Position numbers and translations under genes: made by a program | Origin: Piromyces finnis finn | Taxonomy: Eukaryota; Fungi; Neocallimastigomycota | Assembly (NCBI GenBank): GCA_002104945.1 | Contig: MCFH01000007.1 | Coordinates: 372,001 to 436,000 of the forward strand | DNA length: 64,000 bases | Reading direction: 5' to 3' | Shown: positions 33,290 through 47,715 of the stretch, piece after piece | Layout: every line of letters starts with the position of its first letter | Numbering within the stretch: position 1 is the first letter of the stretch | The notes under the pieces: generated by a model | Seen by the model: the letters and a program-made list of their open reading frames with translations, nothing else | Told to the model about the DNA's origin: nothing | Databases searched by the model: none

Positions 33290-34945
33290 ATGGGTAAGCA
33301 CACTGCTATCAACAACAACAACAATTCTTCAAATGTTTTAAGTCAACAAAAAATTTTAAATGATTTACAACAAATGAACAATGGTAATGCTAAGGCTCAA
33401 ATGATGAACCAAACTAATTCTAAAAAGAATGGTGGTAAAAAACAACAACAAAAACAACAACAAAAACAGCAAGTTTCTCAACAACCAAAGCAACAACAAC
33501 AAAAACAACAAGTTGCTCAACAACCAAAGCAACAACAACAACAAACTAAAAAATCCAAACCTTTAAGATTATCCAATGCCAAACTTTTATCTTATTGGAT
33601 TTCCTTCAATAACAAGGAATGGATGAACAGTGGCAACAAATCCTTCATTAAAGATATCAAGACTTTTATTAATAGAAATGATATTCGTAAACAACTTGAA
33701 GGTATTCAAGAAATTCAAATTAAATATACCTTTAAACCAGAAAAAAGTAAGGCAAAAAGAAATGAAGAAAGAAAGCAGAATAAGAAGCAATTAAAGGCTG
33801 CTACTAATGCTACCTTCCCACCAAGTATGCATTCCTACCGTAGAAAACAATTAGTCCAAGAAATGAACGAAAGAAAACAACAAAAGGCCACCCACGATAG
33901 AGTAATTAATCTTATGGTAAAACGTTACTCTCAAAAAATGGACAAATTTGCAGAGGAATATCAAAAAGCCTATAAAACCTATCAAGCCAACATAAAAGAA
34001 AATCTTTGTCTTGAAGAAATTCATCAATCCAAAATTAATGCTCATAAAATGAATTCACGTCAACGTCGTCTTCAAAAGAAAGCCAAATTACAAAAGAAAT
34101 ATTTCAAGAGTATGAATAAACGTGTTCTTGAATCCCATACTTGTCCAGCTCAATGGACCGCTAACCACGAAAAATTGTTCCAAACTGCCACTCAAAAGAT
34201 TTTATGTCAAGGTTTTGATGGTTTCCATTACTTTGGCCGTCCAGAATATAATAGATCTTTAGCTTGGGTTGAAGCTAATGAAAATTCTACTACAAAGGAT
34301 TCTATTTCTGTTGCTAGTGTTTTAGCCTGTCAAAATTCACCAATTCCAGATGAAACTAGACTTGCTTCCAATAGAGTCGCCACTCTTCCAGCCTCCCAAA
34401 AGAAGTCTACCGTTGGTTGTCAAGAAATAAAGAAACAACAAAAACCACAACAACAACAACAACAACAAAAATCAATGACCATTAAAACTCAAACCCCAGA
34501 ACAATACCGTCAACGTATTTCTGGTGGTAAGAAACAACAACAACAAAAAAAGTTAAATAAGAATAACGAATCCACAACAGAAAATAACAACAACAACAAA
34601 AACCGTAAAAATAATGTTCAACAAAGAAAAATGGAAGATAAGCCTGTTTCTCCATCTATTGTTAATCCAGGTCCAGCTACTTGGGTTACTGAATCTGAAT
34701 TACCAGACAACTTTGCTTGGGGTATTTTACAACATCGTCCAAACGGTGGTAACAAGAGACGTTCTGGAGGTAGTAAAAAGAATACAAAGGAAGATGAATC
34801 TCTTCATCTTTTATTCCCAAAGAGTGCTCCAAACAATAACAACAATAATAATGGTGCAAAAAAGCAATCAAGAAACAACAACAACAACAACAACAAAAGA
34901 CAAAATAAGAAACAACAAGGTTACAACATCAGTGAAATGCTTTAA
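33290..34945 (+). CDS. Hypothetical Gln/Asn/Lys-rich protein, 551 aa, intronless
   Basis: Long ORF in stop-rich AT DNA, A-rich start context (GAAAAAATGG), codon usage like the host housekeeping genes. No family recognised. Confidence 0.8.
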   Translation: MGKHTAINNNNNSSNVLSQQKILNDLQQMNNGNAKAQMMNQTNSKKNGGKKQQQKQQQKQQVSQQPKQQQQKQQVAQQPKQQQQQTKKSKPLRLSNAKLLSYWISFNNKEWMNSGNKSFIKDIKTFINRNDIRKQLEGIQEIQIKYTFKPEKSKAKRNEERKQNKKQLKAATNATFPPSMHSYRRKQLVQEMNERKQQKATHDRVINLMVKRYSQKMDKFAEEYQKAYKTYQANIKENLCLEEIHQSKINAHKMNSRQRRLQKKAKLQKKYFKSMNKRVLESHTCPAQWTANHEKLFQTATQKILCQGFDGFHYFGRPEYNRSLAWVEANENSTTKDSISVASVLACQNSPIPDETRLASNRVATLPASQKKSTVGCQEIKKQQKPQQQQQQQKSMTIKTQTPEQYRQRISGGKKQQQQKKLNKNNESTTENNNNNKNRKNNVQQRKMEDKPVSPSIVNPGPATWVTESELPDNFAWGILQHRPNGGNKRRSGGSKKNTKEDESLHLLFPKSAPNNNNNNNGAKKQSRNNNNNNNKRQNKKQQGYNISEML

Positions 34946-35597
34946 ATTAATTTTTATATAAAAATATAAAATTTTTCTATTTCCGATCTATTATTTTTTT
35001 TTATTTTTTTAATTTATTAAAAAAAAAAAAAAAAAAAAAGATAATACATCCTTTTTTCAACTTTTTCTTTAAAATATATATATATATATTTTTCATTTTT
35101 TTTAAGAAAAAAGTTCAAAATAGAAAAAAAAAAACAAATATTGTTTTTAATTTATGATGGACTATAAGGGAAAAAAAGAAAATATATATTATTATACCCA
35201 TCCTAATTAACACTTTAAAAAATTTTAAAGTCCACACACACAAAAAAAAAATAAAATATATTAAAAAGAATATTAAATAAAAAAACCTTTTTTTAAATAA
35301 ATTTTATTATTAATTTCTTTTTTTTTTTTTTTTTTTTTTTTTAGGGATAAGTTTTTATTTTTATGAATTATTTATTTCAATGTATATATTTATATATTGA
35401 GAAAAAGAAAAGGTATCATCAAAAAGGATAACATTTTATCATCTTGATTGAATATCATTAATATTCTTATTTATTGTTATTATTATTATTTCTCTAAATA
35501 GTTTTTTTTTTTTTTTTGAAAAATTACTACTACATTTTTTATTAATCCTTATTTCTTTTGACATTAAATTATTGTTTATTACTTGGTATAATTGATG

Positions 35598-35634
<37 letters not shown>

Positions 35635-35637
35635 TCT

Positions 35638-35982
35638 TTAGGTAAAGAGTCGTTCTTGTATTGTTTTTTGATTATAAAGTCGAGATAAATCTTTCATGGT
35701 TTCATTGTAATAATGATGAGTTTGATATTCGTAAAAAGAAAAGAAATCGGTCAGGGTGAAACCAATAATATTACCACTAATCATTAACATGGTTAAATCC
35801 AAAGATTCCTCCGATAGTTGAACCCCACTAAGTATAGAAAAATAATGTTTTAATTCTTCTCGACTTAACACGCCATCTTGATCTTTATCAAAAGTAATAA
35901 AAATTTCTTTTAAAAGATGACAAAGTTTATCTGTCAAGGTACCATCAGGCTTTAAAAATGAGATTGGAGCACGTGTAGCCAT
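35638..35982 (-). CDS. Small EF-hand calcium-binding protein, 114 aa
   Basis: Canonical loop DKDQDGVLSREE in a helix-loop-helix context; second degenerate EF-hand-like region (GFTLTDF). Confidence 0.75.
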   Translation of the reverse strand: MATRAPISFLKPDGTLTDKLCHLLKEIFITFDKDQDGVLSREELKHYFSILSGVQLSEESLDLTMLMISGNIIGFTLTDFFSFYEYQTHHYYNETMKDLSRLYNQKTIQERLFT

Positions 35983-36768
35983 GATGAAAGAAAGAAAGGC
36001 TTTATAGTTGTTGGGAATAATTTTTAAAAGATTTTATATTTTTTAAAAAAAAAAGAGTGTGGTGTGTGTGTGTATAAGAAAAAAAAATTTTTTTTTTTTT
36101 TCTTTATTTTATTATTATTATTATTATTTTGTACTATTATTGTTTTTTACCGCCAAATATAACGGTATAGTTTCGCTAAGGAGTAAATAAATAAATAAAA
36201 AAACTTTTATTTATATTGAAAATTTGTGGTCAAATTATTTATTTATTTTTTCTATATAAATTAAAAAAAAAAAAAAAAAAAATTATTATTTATTTATTGA
36301 CTGAATCACATCAAAAAAAAAAAAGTGTGGTCAAGGTATTTAAATTTCATTTTCAATATACCTAACAATAATAATTATTCTATATAATGCTTTGTGAATT
36401 TGAGCATAATTGATACATTTTATGAATTTACTTGTTCTATCGGTGCTTTGTTTTTTTTATAATAGAAAGGTTCTATCGGCGGTGTTAATAAATTATTATA
36501 AATAATAACACTACAAATAATATTATCTATTTATTTTTTTTAATTATTTTTTATTTTTATTTTAAAACGTTTCTTTTTTTTAAACGTTTGAATTAACGTT
36601 TAATAATAAAAAAATGAACTTTATATTTACTTAAAGAATAATATTAATAAAAAATATATGACATTTTAAAGTTTTAATTATGATATAGAATAATAATAAT
36701 AATACATTGAAAAAATTTTTTTTTTTTTTTTTAAACTTTCCTATAAACTACTGAGATTCTATATGTTT

Positions 36769-36801
<33 letters not shown>

Positions 36802-37146
36802 CATTAAAATTTTAAGGATAATTTAATAGTATGCCTATCATAAATAAAAAAAAAAAAAAGATATATTCTAGGCATTAATATTTCATAAAACGATAGTTTT
36901 ATTTTTATTAATAAACTTTAATAATAGTTTAAGTGATCTCATTAATCATCTTCATTATATTCTTTTTTTTTTTAAAACCAAAAGAAACTATAAAGAAGTT
37001 ATTTGTCACTTTTTTTCTTCCTTAGTTAAACATTTATTTTAACTCTATTCTCCCAGAAAACACTCTCTTAAACCATGTAAAAAAAAAATTTTTTAAATAA
37101 CCAATAGTAATGGTGTATTATCTATTTTTTTATTTTCCCAAATTTA

Positions 37147-39947
37147 TTAAAATACACCATTTGTTGTCCAGGAAGGTACTGAATAATTCCCATTAATTGG
37201 AGAAGAAACAGCATTGGAAGATGAGGTTTGTTGTTGAGATGGAGTTTGTTGGTAGGAAGGAGGAGGAGCTACTTGATTAGAATAAATAAATTCTTGATTA
37301 TTTGAAGGATAATAAGAAGATTGGGAAGCATTACCAACATTTTGAGAAATGGGTGGATTATTCATTGGAGATGATGGTATCTGAGCATTTTGGTTTGGAT
37401 TTTGAGCATAATAATTATCAGAAGAATAGGCTTGTACTTGAGAGGATTGAGCTTGAGATGGGAAAATGGATGGAACTTGGCTTGGAACGTATGGGGAATA
37501 AGAATTTTGATTATCTGATGAATATTGTGGTACAAAATCTTGTTTTGTAGTATTATAGGTAAGATTAGCATTTAAAGAAGAGTCTTGTTGAGATGGTAAT
37601 TGTGGTGTTTGATACATATAGCCGTTTTGAGCAGGTGAATCTATAGGGGTATTAATATCATTTATTGGATAGAAGGAACCAGTGGTGGCATTAGAAGGAA
37701 TACTGTTTTGATAATTCATTCTTGGTGCATTATTTTCTTCTAGATAAGATGAATTGGCGGCGGTATTATTATCAATACAATTTCTATTGTCATTAAATGG
37801 AAGGGTGTATGGATTAAAAGCATTATTGGAATTTCGATCATTATTGGCTTGGAAGGTTGAATTAATGGAATTTGCTGGATCGAATTGACCGTTATTGGAA
37901 TTCATAAAATTAACATTTTGATTATTCATATAGTGTTCATTGTAATTATTTTGAATTGGATTGGTATAGTGTTCATTGTAATTATTTTGAATTGGATTGG
38001 TATAATGTTCATTGTAATTATTTTGAATTGGATTGGTATAGTGTTCATTGTAATTATTTTGAATTGAATTGGTATAGTGTTCATTGTAATTATTTTGAAT
38101 TGGATCGTTAGGTTGTTCATTGCAATTCTTTTGAACTGGATTGGTATATTGTTGTTTATTGCAGCCTTCTTCAGTTGGATTGATATTTGAACTATCACTT
38201 GTAGATGGAATATTTTTAAAATCAGGTGAATTAAAATCTTCCTTAGCGTCATTGCATGTAACAGATGATTCATTGGAATCGTCATTCAAACATGGATCAT
38301 CATACTCACTACTATTTTGATAATGGCCTGGGCTTCTACTTCTTACAATAAGGCGCTTTGATTCGATAGTAGCAACCTTATACCTTTTAAATGGAGTGCT
38401 AGCGTACAAATCAATGACTAAAGCATAAAATTGTTGCTTTGAAGAACGTCTATTGGTATTTGGAGTAGCAGATTTAAATTGAAGACGTTCAAAGGTAACA
38501 ATGGATTGATTAGAATTAACACCATGATAACAGCTTGGATTACCCCCTGGTTTACAAACCTTTGGAATTGGTTTGTTTTGTGGACCTTTTTCACGTTTAG
38601 CGGTTTGTTGAACAACTCTAATTTCTTTATTACTATCTTTTACCTTGGCACAAATACCAATATAAAAGTTTTGTATACTTAAAAAAGTATTACCAACTTT
38701 TAAAAAACAGGGTGAAAAAAGAGAAGGATCTTTAATATTCTTAGCAGAAAATGAAGCACTAATTTGGAAGTAATTTCTTCTGTAGCAAGTGAAATCTTTT
38801 TCTGGTCCTGTAGGGAAGAAGCCTCTATCCACCTTTGGTATAATTTTTAAATTATAAGATTTAGTTTTTCCAAAATTGAATACTTCATAGTATTGTTGAG
38901 TTTCCATAAACATATTTGTTTTAATGTTATAATGAATATGATCTCCACGCTTTTTTTTGTTTTTTTCTTTCACAGGAGTTTTTGGTGGGGTATTCATTTG
39001 ACTTGAGTTCTTTTGACTTTTGGCGCTAGTTGGGGTTTTTATATTATAAGAATCTTTATTGGAACAATTATATACTGAAGATTGGGTATCATTACGACAA
39101 GGATTAATAAAGGAAGTATCAATAGAAAGTTTTTGTTCATTTTTTTTTAGTAATCTTTTATTATTGTTCAACTTGTTATTTGGCATAGGTGATCCATTTT
39201 CCATTTGTTTTGGATTAGAATAAGAATTTGAATTTAAATAATTTTGTTGACTGGTAACATTACAATTTTGGTTAAAATTTGGTAATTCGTTTGGCTGTGG
39301 TCCATCAACAAATACTTGTGAATTATCAACATAAGAACTATATAAATAAATAATAAAATATATCAGAAAAATTTCATTAAATATATAGCAAATATATATA
39401 TAAAATTATCAAAAAAAAAAAAAAACATTAAATATATATATATATATTTAAGAGAAAATTGAAAACTTATTTCTATCAACTAATTCTATAGTATATTCAA
39501 TGATTTAGTTATTATGCTTTTCATTCTAAACTTTTTTTTTACTTACAGTTCTTGTGGAGATAAAGGCTGAACAGAAGAATTAGTATAATTGATGTTAGAA
39601 TAAGAAGATAAAGATGCAATACTAAAATTGGATGTGTCATTAGAAATGTGGTTAGAGGCTTGATAATCATTACTGCCATGGTTATAAGGTTCCCTATTGG
39701 GAGAGTTGAAGGAAGAGTTTGTATTATTTGTAATAATACTAGTTGTATTATACATATTAATGTTGTTATAATTACTCATATCAGCTGTATTTGAATTATC
39801 ATTAGAAGGTACACAATTATTAATAGTAGGAGAATAATTAAAAGGATAATTTCCACTATTGCTCTTAATATTAAATGAAAATGAAGATAAATTATGAGAA
39901 GTAGTTGGAGGTGTTGGATAATTAACTATTGGGCTTTTTGAATCCAT
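37147..39947 (-). CDS. NDT80/PhoG-family transcription factor, ~863 aa; exons 39947-39547 and 39337-37147
   Basis: NDT80 domain motifs PKVDRGFF, FTCYRRNYFQ, QQTAKREKGPQ, FERLQFKSAT, RSPGHY. A GTAAGT...TAG intron joins the two ORFs in frame. Confidence 0.9.
37930..38150 (-). repeat. 36-bp coding minisatellite (12-aa unit NPIQNNYNEHYT, ~6 copies) in the NDT80-like gene
   Basis: Visible in both DNA and translation. Confidence 0.9.
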
Positions 39948-42900
39948 TATATTCTATAGTAGATATATACATAAATATAAAATGAGAATAATGAATAAGG
40001 ACATTTTTCATTTACTATAGTTTTTCCATATATAATATATATATCTATTATTTATTATTTGAACAATACTCAAGTCTTATTATATAAAAATTCGTTTTTT
40101 TTTTAAAATTTCATAAACTTTTTTTTGAAAAAAAAAAATAATAATAAAACTAAAATTAATATGGATATATATTTTTTTTTTCTTAATACTAATTATCATT
40201 TGTAATTGTTGAGTACTATTATTGAGTATTATTCAAACTTTTACCATTTAGAATAATGAATTTTTAGTCATTACCTTTTAAACTGCCTAGGTATATAAAA
40301 TTAAATTTTTTTACAATAACAAAATTTCATAATACAATTTAAAAATAAATGTAACCTTTTTTTTTTCAATAGACTTTTATAGTGAAAATATTGTTATAAT
40401 AAGAGCGTTATAAACAAAAAAAAATGATTCTATGCTAAAAAGTAGAAAAAAAAAATATATTACGAAAAAATATGAAAATGCATATATATATATAGTGATA
40501 GTGATAGCGATATTGATATAAAATATTGCTATTATTATTTTTAAAAAGCACTTTTTCTTTTCTTTTACAAATAATAAAATGCCAGTTATAATAAATAAAA
40601 TTAGTTAAAAAAAAAAAAAAGGTAATTAGAATAATAATAATAATAAAAAAGAGACTTTTGAGTTATATTTATATAAAAAAAGGTTAATAGACTTTTCTTT
40701 TTTATTAGAATAAAAATTAAATATTCCTTTTCAGGTTCTATTTCCATTTCAATAGAATGATATATTATAAATTTATTATGATCATATATTACAGTATACA
40801 CTACTTTAATTATTACATTAGTTCATTATTAATATATTGTTTCAATTTTTTAATCCACTTTGTTTTTAAAAAAGATAAAGAAGTTGCTGTATATTACAAT
40901 ATATTGTAATATATTTAATATAAAATATTGTTTATTTTTTTTTGGAAAATAAATGAAAAAAATTTATAATATTTAAGGTTTAATTATAGATAATTACCTT
41001 TAAATGAACTTTTTTTTTTCTTCCGATAGTATAATGATAATATATGAGGATTAATTGAAAAATATATTATATTCTATATTATTTTATTTAATTTCCATAG
41101 AATATTAATTATATTAGTGATCCATTTAATATATAATATACATAACTTTATTTACAATATATTAAATTATACTGTAACCAATAAATTGAAATTTGCCAAT
41201 TGAAAAATGGAATAAATTTTAATTTATAATATTTTATTAATTGATTTTAGTATATTAATATATAATATGTATTAATATTAATTTATGTACTTTATATATT
41301 ATTTTGTACTTATACACTGATTTAATAAGAATATATGAATAATATATGTATTAATTTATTTTACTTTATTATTCAATTTCTATCCTCCATAGATTAATTT
41401 CTATTATTTCATTTATTCCATATATTAAATTCAATTAAGATTAAAAAAGAATAAAAATTTATTAAATAATTTCCATTGATTTAAATACACTTTTTTATAT
41501 ATAAAAAATAATATATAATTTTGTTTATTTGTTCTGGATGTTGATTCTTTTTTTTTAAAATTCGAAAAAAGAAAATAAAATTATTTGATAAAAAGTAAAT
41601 TAGTCATTTTATTAAAAAAAAAAAGTTTTTTTTTCCTTTATATCTTATTTCTATGATAAAGAATTTAATTCATTTCTCTTATTTATCTTTGATAGTCATT
41701 TCCCATTTTAACGAGCATCATTTAATACAAAATTTTGTTAAAGGTGGGATTTATTTAGTTTATAGTAATGTATTCACTTATTTTTTGTCCAAGGTATCCT
41801 TCATAGAAATAAAAATGATGACTTTACTATTAAAAAAATTAATAAAAAATTAATTAAATTATTCATTAAATTTAATAAATAAACTTTCAAATCGTTTCAA
41901 AAATAATAAATAAATAAATATCACGTGTATATCAGTGATATATCGTATGCTTTTTATTTTAATTGAAATTGAATTAAACGAGAGTAATACTTAATTCTAT
42001 GAATTAACAAATAAATAAAGATTAAAAAATAATATATATATTCAATTTAACGACTCATATAATAATATTTATTTATAATATATAGTGATTTTATATTACA
42101 ATTCACTAAGATTTAAAATTTGTTTGTTTTTATAAAATAAAAAAAAATTGGTATTAATATTCTTTATAAAGAAGAATAATGCTTATAAAAGTCCTTGGAT
42201 AGACAACAAATCAAAATAAACTAATATTAGCAAGTCTCTTTTTCTCTTCTCTTTTCCTATTTATTCCTAGTTGTTTCTTATCAAAAAAAATTTTTAAAAT
42301 AAACTAAAAATAATAATTATAATCCTTTATGAGATCACCTAGAAAAAAATACTTTATTATTACTAAAAGATGATTTTAATAGATTTGAAGTAAATTTTTG
42401 CTATTAAAAGATTAAAAATGTTTTACATATAATTTCCAACAATAAATTAAATTTATTGTCTTTTTTTTCTTTTACCAACTATTATAAATGTCACACTGAA
42501 AATTAGTTGATATCATGAATTAATCATAATCACAACCACCGCAGCAACCACTACCTCGAATTTATTTAAACAAACTTTTAACAATTAAAAATAATTATAA
42601 ATAAAGTTTTCTATTTTTAAAAAAAATTGATATATTATTAAATTAATTAAATTGCACAAATAATAATCGAATCATTTTTAATTGATTTTTTTTTTTTTTT
42701 TGACTATTTTTTTTTAGAAATTCTTTGATTCTAAAATGATACAAATTTAGTTTTCATTTCTTTTATCAAAAAAGGTCTAGAAACTTTGTGCTATATTAAA
42801 TTATTTTTAAAATAATTAAAATAATTATAAATAAGATTACATCATTAATTAAAGTAAATTTTATTAAATTAAAAATAATATAATAAGATTTAATTCAATA

Positions 42901-44399
42901 AAGAATTTAAACTTTAATTTATAATAAATTTTAAAATGAGGATTATGAATTTTTTAAATAATATGAGAAATTTTGCATAATAAAAATCTTTTAAACTCTT
43001 TATAATATTTTGAAATTAAAAATGTGGATACTACAAAATAAACGATTTATAATATATGACAAACATTTTTTGGAGCAGAAAAAAAAAAAGAATAATAGAA
43101 CTAAACTAAAAAGTAAATAACAAACTATAGCAAAACATAAAAAAACAATTATTTCAATTTTGAAGCGTAATACTAAAAGAAAAAAAAATGCTTAACAATC
43201 TTCACTTTATTGGTTATTATTAATATTATATTAGTTCATTAAATATTACTATTGTTAGTATCAGTTTTTTTTATATCATTAAATAGTATTTACAATCTTA
43301 ATATTAGAATTATATACAATATATAGTATTGTTACAGGAGAAATAAGGAGAAATTATTATTCATTCTTATTTTTTTTATGAATACAAAATTAATAGATTA
43401 ATAGTACTAAATTTTATACATTTATTTTTTATTATTTCTTAGTTGTGGTATTGATTACAAAATTATGTTTTATATTTTGTACCTTTCCTACTCTAAATTT
43501 AATAAAAAAAGGAATTTACATACTAGAATTAATATAATATGTTGTAATTAATTATACATTAATATCTATATTTCAATGAAAAATTATAACTATAGTTGAT
43601 ACAAAAAATTTTAAGTTATAAAACTATTCAAATATTATATATTATAATATAATATATTAACTTTCTTTTTTTCATTTATAATCCTACCTCCTTCTTTAAT
43701 ATTTTCTTAAAGAATGTTTTATTAAATATATATATACTCTATTCTATTTTATATGGTTTATATATTTCATTTATTATCATTCATATATTATTTTGTTCCA
43801 TCTTAAAAAAGTTTTTATATTGGAATGACATATTATTTTTTTAACGATCAAAATTTTGTGCTTTATTTTTATTGGTGGAGTATACTGATTTTATACAAAA
43901 AATTTTAGGAGAATTAATAATTAAAAATTTTAGAAAAATAGAAGTTTCGTATTTTTAATAATAAAAAAAGAAAATGAAATCATCCCTTTTCCCTCATAAT
44001 ATTAAAATTATTTTTTAAAAAAAAAAAAAGGAAAAAAAATGGTTACAATTTATTTAAGCATAACACTAATAGTTATTAAATAATTGACCGTTGATCAAAA
44101 TAAGATACAAAATTAAAAAAGAATAGATTATTCTATAAAATTTTAATTTTCCCTTCATCATCAATTCTAGTCAAGGTTTATTCTACAACTTTATAAAAAA
44201 ATCATTTTTGTTTCTTTATTTTATTTTAATAGAAAAATCTTTAAAAATTAATATATCATTACTATTATTACTGTTATTGTTTATTATTAATCAAGGAGTA
44301 TTAAATAATATTATTATTAAAATTTACATAGTATATAGTATTAATATTTAAAAGAATTGAATAGTATAGTATGCTTATTAGTATATTTATTACAATGCA

Positions 44400-44509
44400 T
44401 ATTATTATTATTATTATTATTCTAATTATTATTATTATTATTACTCTATTATTCTAATTATTATTATTATTATTACTCTATTATTATTATTATTATGTTT
44501 ATTATTATG

Positions 44510-44562
<53 letters not shown>

Positions 44563-44573
44563 CATTATTATTT

Positions 44574-44606
<33 letters not shown>

Positions 44607-44650
44607 TAATTATTATGTTTATTATTATTATTATGCTTATGTTTATGTTT
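44400..44650. repeat. Interrupted (ATT)n microsatellite
   Basis: Direct reading. Confidence 0.9.
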
Positions 44651-45201
44651 ATTATAAATGATTATAAAAAAAACAATAACATTTTACTTTTTAGTTTTTT
44701 TTTAAATGTTTTTTGAATCAAAAAAAAAAAAAAGCATTTGGAAATTCTTTCCAAAAATAGAAAGAACTATAATTATAATTTTTATATATAACAAAGTTCG
44801 TTTATTTTGTGTAACGACAGCGTTAATATATTTTGGGAAACCATTCCAAATGTTACTTTTTAAAAAAACTCAATTGACTTTGCTTATGTGTAAATCATTC
44901 ATAGATGGTAAGAGTATTATGATGATATATTATTAAATAGACTATTAAATTATAAATTTCTTGGATAATACGAATAAGAAAAAAAAAAAGTGTAACATTC
45001 TCAAGCATGTATTATTTACGGCTATCATAATAACACTTGAAACTTTTTTAATTACCATTTTTTACTATTTATTATTTTTAATATTGATCGATTGATAACA
45101 TAAAAATAGAAAATACTTTTTTTTTTCTTCTTATCATTATAAAATTTAAAGATCAAATTTTTTCATTATCATAAAAAGATAAGTATTATTTATTACTAAT
45201 T

Positions 45202-45447
<246 letters not shown>

Positions 45448-47628
45448 TAATATAATTTCAATATTAAAAAAAAAAGAATGTTTATTTTTAAATTTGGTTT
45501 CTTTTTAGAATATTCTATATAGAAAATAATTTTCTATTATATAAAAAAAAAGGGAGTGACCTTTTCTTTCTTTTACTATATTAATTATTATTTACAAATA
45601 CAAATTCTTTTGTACCCAACCAACCTCATTTACTAAAAAATTTACATATCCCTTTATTTTTAAAAAAAAAAAACATTAAAAAATACCATAATTAAATCAT
45701 GTGATATTAATTAAATAAATGTTTTTTTAATTTAAATTTATTGGATTCCTTTTTTACTAATAAAAAAAATAAAAATAAAATTTAAAGTGTTCAAAAAAAA
45801 AATTATGGATCTACATTGAGTTTTTGTTTTTGTTTACTTGTTTTTGGGTTAAAGTATAAACAAAATCAATTGAGAAGAAACACAATAAAAAATGAACGCA
45901 TTTGTTGTTATTACTAAGCTATAATCTATTTTACTAAATAATGATTTTATAGTCATTCTTCAAATTCCTATATTTTATTTATAAAAATGACGATAGAAAA
46001 TGATGTTCCTGAGAAAGTCCAATTTAATCAATTAATAAATATATTATAATATATTAAAGTTTTTTTTTATACCTAAGAAAATGTAACAAAGGTTCTAGAC
46101 TTTTTGTGCATTTTTAAATATATTATTAATTGATTGTAATATATTGTAATAAAAATATTTCAATAGGCTAAAACATTAATTAAATTTAATTTTGTTTATT
46201 AAAAAGTTGTTTGTACATTAATAGTGTAGAGGATGGTAATAACAGTTTGATGCTAGCAAAGTAATAGTAATAGTAATTAATAATAAATGCTAATCACTAT
46301 TATTTACTATTTATTTACTCTATATAAAGAATTTAGTATTAACTTTGATCACTTTTAATTCAATTTTTATTTTTTTTGCTTTATCCTTTTTTCTTAAATT
46401 TCTTTTAAAAAACAGTCACTCCATTTTTTAAAGTTTTAGTTTTCTTATTTATATAAATTCAATTATAAAAATAATTTTCAATATATTATAATCTATTATT
46501 AGTATATTAAAAATATATTATAAAGGAATGACACTTTTTTTAATGTCGATGTTTTAACTTTAAAAGCGTAACACTTTTACCAAGAAATTATGTAGATAGC
46601 CATATACAAAAAAATGATATACTTGACCATAAGAAAATAAAAAAAAAAAAAAAAAAGGAAAAATGACAATGCCCTTGAAACTAATTACTTGATTATATAT
46701 TTACGCATTATCGTATTTTATGCATTTTACAAAAGTTTCCAAAGTATAATTAATCTTTTTTTACCAAAACGAATAATAATAAGAAAAAAAAATAAACATT
46801 AAATAAATGAATAGACTTGAAATTTCTTTTTCATAACACCATTTTAAAGATGGTGTAAAAATAAATTGTTTTTGAAAATGTAGAATTATTCATTAGTAGT
46901 ATGACCATCTTTTTATAATAATAAAGTACACCAATATACTAATAATAAAAGATAATACTATTAAAAAAAAAGATGCCATTAACATTACAATTTTTTTAGT
47001 AACATTATTTTACTTGGTGGTGTTTTTGTAGGCATAAAAATGGTGTACCATATTATATACAAAATAAATTTGGAAACTTCTTTTTATTAATTAATTAAAT
47101 TTTTATATAAAAATTTTCTTTTTTTTTTAATCCACAATATAAATTTAAGGTATGAAATCATATATTATTAATTAAAATAAATTAAATAATTAAATTATAG
47201 AAAATGGTGGTATCAACACTATTCCATATATTATAATATATGATTAATTTATGATGGAATTTTATTGTATTTCAATAACAGAGATAAAAGCAGATGATCA
47301 AAGTTACCTCTTTATCATAAAAAAAAAAGACTCAAAACTAATAAATAATAAAGGAATGAAATAAATAAATAGATAACTAGATCAATAACAACTACATGAT
47401 TAGAATTTATAAAGATGAAATAGATGATATAATGGAATAAGAGGAATAAAAAAATGATTTATATAAATATAGCAAGTAAAATATGAGTATGGAGAGAAAA
47501 AAATAGGAAGGACTCTTGGAAAGAGTAGATTTAAGAGAATAAAAAAAAAAAAGATTAATAGTGGTCGCTAAAGTTATGGTGATTAATAAAATAGATTTAA
47601 AATTAAAAATCTGATCATTAAAATTTAT

Positions 47629-47700
47629 CTCCGCATAGGGGAATCGAACCCCTGCCGCCACGGTGAGAGCGTGGAATCCTAGCCACTGGACCAATGCGGA
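47629..47700 (-). tRNA. tRNA-Glu (anticodon CUC), 72 nt
   Basis: TCCGCAT/ATGCGGA acceptor stem, anticodon arm CCACG-CTCTCAC-CGTGG, T-arm CAGGG-TTCGATT-CCCTA region, TTTT shortly downstream. Confidence 0.95.
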
Positions 47701-47715
47701 TCTTGTTGTAATTCT

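Noticed and set aside
36222-36334. TGTGGTCAA twice, one containing an MSE-like CACAAA core, between the EF-hand and NDT80-like genes
   Set aside because: Too short to distinguish from chance.
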